Notes under the pieces: generated by a model
Database searches by the model: none
Told to the model about the DNA's origin: nothing
The model's input: the letters and a program-made list of their open reading frames with translations, nothing else
Made by a program: the position numbers and the translations under genes
Origin: Marsupella aquatica
Taxonomy: Eukaryota > Plantae > Marchantiophyta
Length of the DNA: 64,000 nucleotides
Assembly: GCA_973895155.1 (NCBI GenBank)
Contig: OZ316893.1
Location: forward strand, 22,231,844 to 22,295,843
Direction of reading: 5' to 3'
In this document: positions 25,053 through 36,357 of the stretch, piece by piece
How positions within the stretch are numbered: position 1 is the stretch's first letter
How the letters are laid out: the number at the start of each line of letters is the position of its first letter

Positions 25053-25368
25053 TCAAGTCCCCTGGTAGGAAATCGGATCAGCTTCATCCTACCTTATGTG
25101 TCAGTGACATTTACAACTTCACCCACCTTAAAGTGAGACATTCACCTAGTTGATGTGGGTGTTCTTAAATCATGCTAACAAAAGAGACAATACTAGAAAT
25201 TTTATATTTCCCCCTAGTAACAAGTTTTGCTAATAAAATATCTTGTGTTCATATATATGGGAGCTTGTAGACTTATCTACAAACACTAGAACTAGCCACA
25301 AATCTTTAACCAGTGCTCCATTCTTGGACTATAAATTAGTATCAATGAGTCCTAAATGGATAATGATG
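25053..25368 (+). repeat. Dispersed direct repeat (second copy about 27298-27570)
   Basis: Shared blocks ATCCTACCTTATGTGT, GGTGTTCTTAAATC, CTACAAACACTA, AAATCTT.AACCAG, CTAAATGG.TAATGATG in the same order. Confidence 0.7.
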
Positions 25369-25794
25369 TTGCAACTTCAGTCTATAGCAACAGCAAAATA
25401 AGTGTTTGCTTGTACTGCTACCAAGGAGGTTGTGTGGTAGAAGGGATGGAGCTGAAGCAGGAGACTCCCACACCACTCAATAGGGGACAATCAGCTAGAG
25501 TGCAATCAAACTGATAAGAAATCCAGAATTTCATGGCCTCAACAAAACATATGGACTATTCAATACCACTAATTTGTCCATAACATTCAACTAAGGAGGA
25601 CAAATATTTTTGCAATATTTATACATGCATTGACCAGCAGTTTGCAGATATGTATTTTCACAAGGCTATCACTTTTGAACAGTTTGGGAGAATGCAAACT
25701 TCCATAGGGGTAATTCGTTAAGAGAAATTTTACTTCCCGATGGGAGTATTAAAAGGATGGGAGTATTGAAAGTTGACTCTCTACCATGCACATT

Positions 25795-25970
25795 CTCAGG
25801 GTTTCACTTTCACAAAAATGACACATCCAAATTTTGGGAATATTTCAAAATATTTCAATTTTATACGGTTAAAAAATAATTGATTTATTTTATATTTTAG
25901 GGGGTCCCAGACCTGAAAATGTTGCAGGTGATCGATTGGGGAGACATCCATATATAGTGAGACCCCCGAG
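25795..25970. mobile_element. 176-bp MITE, CTCGGG family, with perfect 8-bp TSD
   Basis: TSD TGCACATT at 25787-25794 and 25971-25978. Ends CTCAGGGTTTCACTTTCACAAAAATGACACATC / CCATATATAGTGAGACCCCCGAG match the two ends of the 54356-58024 element. Confidence 0.85.
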
Positions 25971-26344
25971 TGCACATTACAAGTTGCAATTGATCAATCA
26001 GATCTGACATGGAAGCTTATCTGATCAATAAGAATTATATCTCACTTAGATGTGTCCTGGTCTTAGATTTAGCATGGTAGTCATAGTCAATTTAACATAT
26101 TAGATCTGATATGATTTAAAATCATCTACTAACACGTTAATATATAACGATGTTGCAATTCAGATCCAATAGAAGTATATCGTTGAGTATAGCAGTAAGA
26201 AGACAAATGGCAATATAACACTCTGCCATGTGTACTCTTCTGAATTTGTTTTTATTTGGATCTTTGGAATAAGTCGGGGTATAAGCCTTGAGCGGGATTT
26301 CAATAAGGCAGCAGTTTACAATATATATATATATATATTCCAAC

Positions 26345-26792
26345 CACCCAGTATGCAACTAAGGCAAGTTCTTAATTCTTTATAATGACCTTATGTCCAA
26401 TTGACTATGATAGATTTTATTTTAGTCTGATAAACTCTCGTACTTCTCAACTCAAGAAATAAAAAAATGTGACTTAAAAAAACCGAACATATATATTTTG
26501 ATGTAAAAACACTTGATCAAAAACCAGAATTTATGGCTTTTTTAATACAGGGCACTACAACCAAATTAGCCAGCATTTGAGAATTACTAAAAATATTTTT
26601 AAAAAATGACAACATTTGAGACATATTTTTTAGTTTTATGTGAAAAAGAAGAAAACCAAACCTTTTATATGACCTGAATATTTCTGAAAGTAAAACCCAG
26701 GTTTTTCAAATGAATAATTTTTCATACAGCCAACTTTTTAGTCCATATGAAAATGTAGACCTCTGCCTATTTGCAAAAGTTGCATACCCTGG
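26345..26792 (-). mobile_element. 448-bp MITE (CCCGGGTATGCAACT-TIR family) with perfect 8-bp TSD
   Basis: TSD ATTCCAAC at 26337-26344 and 26793-26800. TIRs ..GTATGCAACT / AGTTGCATACCCTGG. The interior is an inverted homologue of 46602-47075. Confidence 0.85.
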
Positions 26793-29352
26793 ATTCCAAC
26801 AGGGGGCCAGGTTAGACCAAGTCACCCACATAAAAAAATGCTACTACTTGTCAAAAACACCTTCAGTTGGAAAAGAGGGAGATCAAGTTGGCCTCACCAA
26901 GCCGAGCACCAAGCAGCCTTAACCACAAAAGCGGGGTGCAGGTCATTTTGTACAGACCAAGCGAGCTAGGCAGTAGCACCCTCAGACCAAGGCTACTCAG
27001 AATGGGGGAGAGGTACAGAGGGAGGGAGGCGGGGAGGGAGGAGAGAGAGGGGAGGGAGGGAGGGTGAAAGAAACCAAGCCTTCATGCCCAAAAGCATTCT
27101 CACACCAAGCCAGTAAGGCACGGAGGAGGAAGAAAGGGAGGGTACAGGATAGGTTACTAAGCTCCACTATATAAACAGAAAGCAAGCCAAGGGACATACA
27201 AGAGAAAACGCAATTGTAGGTTCAACTTGAATACTTGAACAATTGATATGGCATGTAGCAATGTGAAGCTATCTAGCTTATATCACAGGGAAAAACTGTC
27301 ACATGCCCCTGCCAGAAATCAAATTTATCCTACCTTATGTGTGACTTTTACCTAGTTTGATATTGGTGTTCTTAAATCCTACTTAGAAAAAAGACAATAG
27401 TAGCGTATTTGTTTTTCCTTTGGTAATAAGTGGGTTTTTGCCAATTCTCTTGTGTTCAGACGGGAATTTGTATACTTACCTACAAACACTAAAACTGCTC
27501 ATAAATCTTCAACCAGAGCATCAATTTGGGCTATAAAAATTGTGTCAGTGGATTCTAAATGGGTAATGATGCATGAATCATTACCTAACAGTCTACATAA
27601 ACAATACACATGCCTTGTTCCACTTAAAAGTATTAAAAGTACCCAAAGATATCCTCAGGAATTACTACATAACATACTGGGAAATTTAATTCCAACGTGG
27701 GGTCCCACTTTAAATCAGAACTAGGAGAAGCTCCTATTTTCAGAAGTGGGAATGTGTGATTTGCGCGTTCTCCTACTTATTTGTTAAAATGATAGGAGAA
27801 ACCTCAACAAAATGGAAGTATGTCCCACATGGGAAGGGGATGGATCGGAGCATCCCCTAGCCTACCCGAGTGACCTAGATAGTCGTCCCTTCTTCCAGTC
27901 AAACTCAGAAAATACTTGCTATGCAGCGGCTAAGTATATGGCCTCTAATGAACCCCACCATAGGTTGTTTGAAAGTAGCGGAAGCCTCCAGAAACGCTTC
28001 AGCTATGACTACTACGTACAAAGAAATGTGGATTTCAGGATGTAGTGATGTGTTGCAGAGTGCAGTTCCTTGTGGAGATGTTTTATCTGCCTTTCTATTT
28101 CTAGAGGTTTCTGATCGAATGAGAATTCACTTTTGCCCAAATTTTCTTTTTTAAGGTTGTCTTGGTAGACAAGGGGAGATATATGCAAGATTGGTCGTGC
28201 CCAGTGCTACAGGTAAGATTCTTCTATCGATTCCTCCTCTTTCTTAGCATTAGTTTCACTTGTTCAGGTATCTAATATTACTTGTTTGAAGCCGGCCAGC
28301 TTAGAGCAGTCGAGTCGGGGCACCCCCACCCAGTGAGCTAGGTAATCCACAGCACGCATCAATCTCACAAGGATCTTGTCAAAATTAACAGAGTTAGAAA
28401 AGTTAACACCCATGATTTGCTTTGCTGCTGTGGGGCCCCTAGACACCCTTCCAAAAGTTATATATTCAATGAAGTTCGTGGTGTCCTCCAAATGGTATAG
28501 ACGGTGCTCCATGACCTAGCTTGGATATTTTGCGGCCAGAAGAGGCCGCAGCATGACTCTGCACAAAAGAGATGGATGCACGTAGTGATCTATTGCATAA
28601 CTTCGAGGACTCAGATATATAGAAGCATCCCATCTAGTGAGCTAGATAGTCGACTGCATCTGGTGAATAACTACTCTCTTTTGTGCAGTACGTAGTTATT
28701 GACCAGATAACATGTACTCTCTTGGCTGTCCATGCGTAACAAGCTGGCTCATGATGCTAATGTATTTAGCAGTACTTTCAGGAGTTTTGGGTAAGTGGTT
28801 AATTACAGCGGCTGATGACCATTCTCACTATTTAACTCTAATACGATCCTTCAATATCCCTGGCCCTAACATAGGATTTTCAGGCCTGTAATTTGAGGAT
28901 GACATAGAATATATCCAAGATATCTCACTTGTGAATAGAGTAAAGAACGTGTTGCTGAGTTCTAGAAGTAAGAAAAGTATAATCTGAAGTACTCAAATGC
29001 TATACTAAATCAGTGTAATGTTACTTATTCTACAGGGATGGACAACGTTTCTTCATAGGCGAGTACTTTCCATCGGGCTGGCCTCCGATTAGTGAAAGTA
29101 GCTAGGATCGACGCCCCTATGGATGCTGTTGAGAAACAATTTGAATCCTAACTGGGCACCCGAGGTGCAAATGTTTTACAAACAAATTAATTAGCAAAAG
29201 ATATTTCCATATAATCGATTGATCCTTGACATTGGAAGAAAAGAGATGTCTTGGAAGATCAAATAAAAGTGTTCAAATTATTGGGAATTGATGCATGCCA
29301 AAATTTATTAATTGGTGCGGCAATGATATATACGGCCATGCATTGCTCAATG

Positions 29353-30599
29353 TTAAATTGAACAGAGCAACTCATAGGCTACACTGTGTCCAGGCACTGC
29401 CTTGGGACTTAGAGGAGGCCATTCTACTATCATCTCCCGGTTGATATGTTTGTTCTTCTGACCAAACCCTTTTGTATGTAGCAGGTATTCTTCAGAATTC
29501 AAGAAACTATAATCTATTCTTACTATTGCTAAAAGCTCCTTTTCCACAGAAAGAGCGCTTCTAACATTGTGCCCATGTTGCAACCGTCCTTCATTATTAG
29601 TAAAGGAACATGATTGAGCAAGTGACCATGACTGATTTTCTGTATTATACATATAAACGCCAATAGGACTCATGTGATAGAAATTTCCTTGGACAGCAAA
29701 GGATGCTCCAAAATTGCTTCTCACACGAACGTCCATCCCCAAAGGCTCCGTCAACCTCCACTCATCGTTGCCAGGATGATAGATCTTCACAGACTTGAGC
29801 GGATTCTCAAGGATATTATTAATCTGGTTTGGATCATCGATTTCTCTATCAGTGGAGTCGCGAATGATCGAGCCCTGGACAAAAAGCTCCTCCCCAACTG
29901 TCACAACCTAATGAAAAGCATGGAATTTGGATACCATGGGCTTTATGGGAGATCAGCAATCAGCTTTAGGGTCATACACTTCTGCTCCGCATGTAAGTTT
30001 ACAATTGGATGCACCCCCAAAAACATAAATTTTCCATTCATGACACCAGCACCAAAATCTTGTCTTGCTTCTCCCATTGGTGCACATTCTTTCCATTTCC
30101 TTGGTCCTACCAAATCCATCATGTATACGTTCCTCCTCCCATGTGATCGGCTCATCTCTCTAACCTCATGCAGTTTGTTAGAACGTGCTCCTCCTACAAC
30201 GTATATCTTGCAATCCACTGAAACAACTTGGCAACGATGTGGGAAGCCTTTTCGAATGCCAGGGATTGGAGGAAGTTTGAACCAAGTTTTCTGTGTCATG
30301 GAGTATATCCAAATTGTGATCCTATTGTCAGCAACACCTTTTGCATGCCCATTAAATGTCCGCAGAAAAACAGCAAAACTCTTCTCAGAGTTACTACGAA
30401 CTCTCGCATCCTCGACAAGATGACCCTGAATAGCCTTCTGCCAACTACTGCTTGTCAAAGAGAGCTCGGAAATTTCTGAAAAAGACAACTTTGGAGTAAT
30501 CTCGTGCAGCGTGATGTCATTGGGGATGCCTGGTACTAGCAGTTCTTCCTCCAGGTCCTCGTAGCTCATTGGTGGCGTCAATCGCAACCTCCCTGCCAT
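29353..30599 (-). pseudogene. F-box/kelch-repeat protein pseudogene (intronless)
   Basis: F-box-like LLVPGIPNDITLHEI..LSLTSSSW and kelch motifs (KIYVVGG, WKECAPMGEARQDFG). A 1-nt deletion near 30030 breaks GK-IYVFGG. In-frame TGA (29953-29955) and TAG (29908-29910) precede the downstream kelch ORF 29353-29904. Confidence 0.88.
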
Positions 30600-32627
30600 T
30601 GACTACGTACAGCCTTCTCCCTGCCCCGCCCGGCCACCGCTTGGTTTGGCACCAGAAAATAACTCAGAAATCCAGATTACAACTAGCTATAATGAGAATG
30701 CTTTAGCTAGAAGCCCGAAGAGTTGATGATTTGCTAGCTTCAACTTGTGAGGACTCTAGGCATAAACTATCACCAATTCAGGGCTAGAGGCCAGCAAGGG
30801 ATGTTGCTTGCGCCAGGTGGGCAACTCTTCTACACGGAGCACTGAGACTGATGAATGAGCAATTTTCAGCTAGCAGAAGCCCCTTATATACCGGATGCTA
30901 CGTCAGGATCAAGCACGTGAGATGGAACAATGAGTGATTGACAAACTACTCAATCTCCACATGCAAATGACTGATCATTCTTGCTGCTTATGCTTTCAAG
31001 GACTGACCATAACTGATGAAAATGATGAACTACTGACTACAGTCAAACCATATGTATATGACAGATATCTCCTTATCATAGGGGCTAAGTTTCCTAGTGC
31101 ACTTTGGCTAATTAAGCGTGCTGTAGTGTGGGAGAGGCCTGTTTCAAGTGGTCATGATTATCTACTTTCATGATTCTTATTATATATCTACTCTTTCCTA
31201 CTACATGTTAATTTATCATGAGCATTCCTTTCTTCAAGTGCACCCAGTACGTGTAATTAACCGCCACTATTTTTCATCGAAGTGGTTTCATGATTAACAC
31301 TAATTGATTAAACCCTAAATTTCCAACCAGCTTATGGTGCCTCAGGGAATTATTCACACTTTCATAACTCACAACATGGAGGTCGACGTATGTTCTTGCA
31401 TGCTTGGAGGGCAAAGGGCCTGATGCCCAACCCCAATAGATTTTGGTCAAGGGAATCACTGGACGTACTCATGTGCGTTTTGAATTGAATAGTTCTTGAT
31501 TCCAAAGAACCATAAGGGCAACAGAATAGCCTTCAGACGTTTTTGTTTGGAGCGTTGTCATTGGGATTGAGGGGTTTTGTGGTATGAGTTGTGTACGTTT
31601 GCTCCTTTTGTCCTTTTCAGGCATGGCACCAATTGTGTATAATTCCTTCATGCCTTAACACATCTTGATGCATTGTTTATATTCATTCTTGGAAAGTACC
31701 ATTTGTTTCATGGAGTGCACATTGAAAATGGTTGCTGGTGACTGGCGATTTGGACAAGGCTCTCAGAGATTGACAAGTACAACCTAGGTGTTTGACTAAG
31801 TGCAATGAGAACATTGCAGTGCCACAACAAAACAAAACAACTATTAGTGCAATTCGGGTCCAGGACTGGTGAGTATCAAATTAAAAAAAGAATGAGGCTC
31901 AGTTCCTCTGCATTTTGAATGAATTTAATTTTCTTGCTCGCTGGAGTACTTGAATTGTGGAATTGTGGGAGTGTCAGTGGGGGCTGGGTGGTCGGAGAAG
32001 TTTTCTGGCAAACTGTAAGGGTTGTACATAGTTTCTACCCTAGGGGTCACTTTGTAGTATCATCTCCAACCTGCTGGGTTTTGGGTTAAACCACCACTGG
32101 CCATATAAAGGAGAAGTCTCCAAGATTCCTTCACTTTTCACATTCCTCTCCTCTAAGGTGAGACTGAAAAAGGTACTAAGAAATGGTGAAACCTGGTGGA
32201 TCTAGGTTTTGTCATGGACCATGGCACTTTAAGCCAAGCTATATATAGGTTTCCCAAAGTATGCAGATGTCATTCTCCTAAAAACATGGCAAACTTGCAC
32301 CTTAGAGTAAACAAGTGAGTCAAATGTGAAAAATGGGTAAGTCCCAAATTTTACTGCTAACAACAATTTTTTCCTGAAATTAGGGAGTAGAATGATACCT
32401 TAAATAGAGGAAAGAAGTGAGTGGAATGTGGACTAAGGGAGCAATTTTGGACACTTATCCCTTATGAATGGGCAGTTGTGGTTTAATGCAAGGAATAAAT
32501 GCAAACTCTCAAAACTTATTGTAAGTAGCTATCACAGCCATCTGAAACTTGACCCTAAGTAACCCTTATCTGGTAAACGTAGATTAAAATCTTGAAAACC
32601 CTGTAACGAGCATGGTATATAGTAGGC

Positions 32628-32631
<4 letters not shown>

Positions 32632-32677
<46 letters not shown>
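32632..32677. repeat. Compound (TC)n(TA)n microsatellite
   Basis: Directly visible. Confidence 0.95.
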
Positions 32678-35600
32678 ATTGCCTTTCATAGAGAGATCAA
32701 GTACTTAACTAATAAACCCAGTTCATGAAAGTCTGATAGCTTTTATTAGTGTTTGGGTATGTTGGACCTCACTTCTTGTGGTTTGGTTTGCTGGGTCCCT
32801 AAATATATGGAAGCAAGTAAAAATTCCTATTTGGCTATTGAGAATCAGCAAGCCACTTCCACAAACTACAATTCACAAATTGTCGGCACTCTGCATCATT
32901 ATCGTTGGGGTACCGTGCCAAGAGCAATTTTATGCCCACTTTATGCCCACTACCGTATATTCTTTGACTTCCCAAGACGGGCTGAGAAAATAGTAGTGGA
33001 TTGTGTGAATATTTGCTCGGTCACCCGATGGTAACCCAGGCCACCTGTCCTTGCCCAACCTGCCCAAAAAGTCAACTTACATTCAAATTTTTGGCCTCCA
33101 CCAATGAGATTGTTTGGACTGGTTTTATCAACTTCTCCCTCATTTTCATCAGCTGATAATCTGATTTTTCTGAGACGTAGATCTTGAATTTTGAACCATA
33201 GATTGACTCATTTGATGAACGGCTGAAAATAATCAAGCTCCCAATTCAAGGGCTGTAGAAGGGTGCGCATCCACATTTGAGTCAATATTTGTATTTTGGA
33301 AGTGAGCACTCTGGGTACTTATACAGTTCAATAATGGCAAACGAGGCACCGGGAGCGATTGTGGCAGGTGTAAGGATTTACTCTTAGGTCTAGAGTTACG
33401 ACTGTACCATAGTTAAGGCTAACCTTAGTTGCAGACTTGGTTAGGTTACACAAGGAAGTTTTGGTGCTCACCTAGGTAGGCAAACACTAAGTAACCAGGG
33501 AAAATACAAGATAGAAGATAATTTTGCCGAGTTTCATGTTGGTGTAACCTGGTACCTACCTGAAGGTAGGGATATGCAAACAACCAAAATGGGACTATTG
33601 TGGCAATTCCTAAAATACCGATGTATACAAAGTGGATAGCTGGTAGTTCATAGATTCACCACCATAGCATGGATGTCCAGAAATTCACAAATGTGCAAGA
33701 ATTGGGTTAATGTAGGACAATGGAAAACTCCAATGATAAGTTTGGAGTTAAATTTTCAAATAATTTAAGCCAATTTCTTATCGGTAACCTAACCTAACAC
33801 AAGGACACTACACCTTATGAACTTCTTCGTCCCACTGCTGATGTTCATAGACCAGCTCCTGTTCAGTAGGTGGTCGAGTGCTTCTTTTGCTTGGGATTTG
33901 CTTTGACATTTTGCTGGCATCAGAGTGCTGGTTACATTCTAGATTGCACTATGCTTCAATCACCGTTGATGCTGGTGCTACGTGGTCTACTCGCTTGCTC
34001 AGCATAATCATTTTCTTGTTCACGTTTTCGGACCTTATCCTCCATAGCCCGCAGGCTCCATGCGCTCCGTCCTCTGCTCTCATGCACTCCGTCGCTACTC
34101 TCGATGTCAGAGCCAATGTCTGCTCGACACGTCAAGAAATGAAGAACACTAACTGTCTTGGCGACCATGATCGTGACCATAACGACAAGCTTGCGGTTAC
34201 CTCGATCCCTGCCTGAGGATCCGATCCAATGTCTGCTCGACATGCCAAAGAGATGACGAAACACAAACTGATCGACTAGCCAAGAGCTCATCAGGACCCG
34301 ACTCGAGACTTCCATTTGCGCCACTCTCTGTTTGAATTCAAACTTTGAATTCATCGTCCTCTCTATTTAAGATGATCGATACTCTCCTGTGGATTCATTC
34401 TGCTCTCTCTCGCATTGGAATTGCATTTCAGGATTCTCGAGCTCCTTGCAATTTTACAGTTCACCTATCTTCTTAGCGTTCAGCTCGATCAAGACTCAAT
34501 CGTTGAGAGCCTGTATCTCGTCGTTGATGTTCGTGGCGAATTGAGCTCAATTCGTTGTGGGTGTCAGTTCTTCGTAGATATTTTGGGCAAATTGCGCGGA
34601 GATTCAGAGGAGGAATTGTTACTTGCTCCGAGGAGATGGCACCCAAGGATGTAGCAGTCACAGCGACTGAAGGCGCTGCGGGAGTGAAGAAGGGTCGAGG
34701 CATGCCGAAGGCTGTGAAGAGGCATCCCGCATTGAAGGAGGTCGGTGGAGCAGATGTAGTGGGATCGAAGAAGAAGCACAGAGTTTGTTTAGTGAATATA
34801 ATAATTATGCAACAAAGGATTAATACAGCTCTTACTATGAACTACGTGAGTCCAACTAACATAATAAATTACCTGATCATAACCTGCCTTTGGCTAAGCA
34901 CTAGAATAATCAGATTGCCAATGTCAAAGTGTCCATTGCAAAGGAAAGTTTCCTCTACTCATTTTTAGGACTTCCATTCCTGTCTCTAGTCTTCCTATGT
35001 CGAGAAAGGGAATCACAGTGTTTTTGCTTAAGGTAGCTTCCCAAATTTCACACCCTTCTCTCACCCGCTTATTTAGCCAACTCACATGGACATTGATGGA
35101 ACTCTGTGTTCCTTCATCCAGAGTTGCGTCAACAAAGCTTTCTTCTTCAGGTTCATCTTGGAGTGTATTTTCCATAGAGTCAACATCCATAGCTTCGGCA
35201 AGAGATGAACCTCCTTCAGTCCGGCCCTGTGCTAGATCTTCAATACTCCTTACAACCGCCAGTCTCAGCCTTCCATGTACACAAACCTCCACCACATCAT
35301 GTATTTTGGGGTAAGTAGGGCATGTATGAAGGCCATATGTTTCTATATGTTGACGCTGACTTCTGTCTTGAAGTTCCAGGCATACAATCTCAGAGGAACC
35401 TCTTCCTGCTTGTCGACTAATGGGCATAAATTTATGCAATAAACGAGAAACTGGTCAAAAACTGGTATCACCATAGTGTTCGGCCGTGGCTCCAAGCAAT
35501 GGCAAACCTGAGAGCTTGTCAGTTATCATCTGATTATCAAGTGATCTTTGTATACTGAACCACTTGGCCTCAAAAAATAACTCCTGGTGTCCCAGAAATT

Positions 35601-36249
35601 CATGGACAAATAAGTCTAATATGACTGCTCTCCAATTCCAACTGTATTCTGGACTATCCTCGTCATCTGTCAATACTACCACATGGTCACCAATCCTGAA
35701 AAGAGTGTTCCTTACCACTACAGATTTCAAAGGGATAACTTTAAAATCCATGACAGTCCTAAACAAGGACGTTGCCAGCCCCTGAAGAGCCCAAATGCCA
35801 TTTGACAAAATTGCTGCCATCCTCAGAAAGTAGACGCTTCTTCGCCTTTGTTCTACCTACTCCTATTCCTCTAGAGAGAATGGAAATTGCATGTGACGCC
35901 GCCGGTACAGCGGTTAATGAGTGATTCAGTCTAACTGCGCTCGGCACGCGCGTTAGGTGGGTCTTAGGCCGCTATTATTAGCATAACGATAGTATTTAGG
36001 TAATCATTAGGGGTAGGACATCATTAGGCAATAAGGGGGACTTCAGGTTCGGGCTGGCGGCGGGTCGCTATTCGCACACCCGGATTACGAGCGTGGAGGG
36101 GCCCCTCCCTCGGGTCCGTATAACGAACTTAAGGAAGCGGCCACTGACGCACGCTGACTCAGACCGGCGGAGTGGCCGGTACACCACAAGCGTGAGCGGT
36201 TCAACCTATGGGCGTCGAGGAGATGTCGGGGATCGACAAGCCCTCAAAG

Positions 36250-36256
36250 TATAAAA
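36250..36256 (+). promoter_or_regulatory. TATA box within the 4-kb element
   Basis: GTATAAAAGGGG about 108 bp upstream of the 884-aa ORF ATG, followed by a CT-rich leader, as in LTR promoters. Confidence 0.65.
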
Positions 36257-36357
36257 GGGGAGCCAACCCTTTGTAGTGCACCAGTCCATCAGTCTGCGCG
36301 CCAGCTTCGACCCCAGCTCTCTCGTTCTCTCTAGGTCGCCACTACTATCTCCTCTGA

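Noticed and set aside
29268-29330. VFKLLGIDACQNLLIGAAM resembling an ABCG/PDR transporter segment
   Set aside because: Too short, and no Walker A/B or SGG signature nearby.
29674-30423. 249-aa plus-strand ORF
   Set aside because: Antisense shadow of the F-box/kelch pseudogene with no recognisable motifs.
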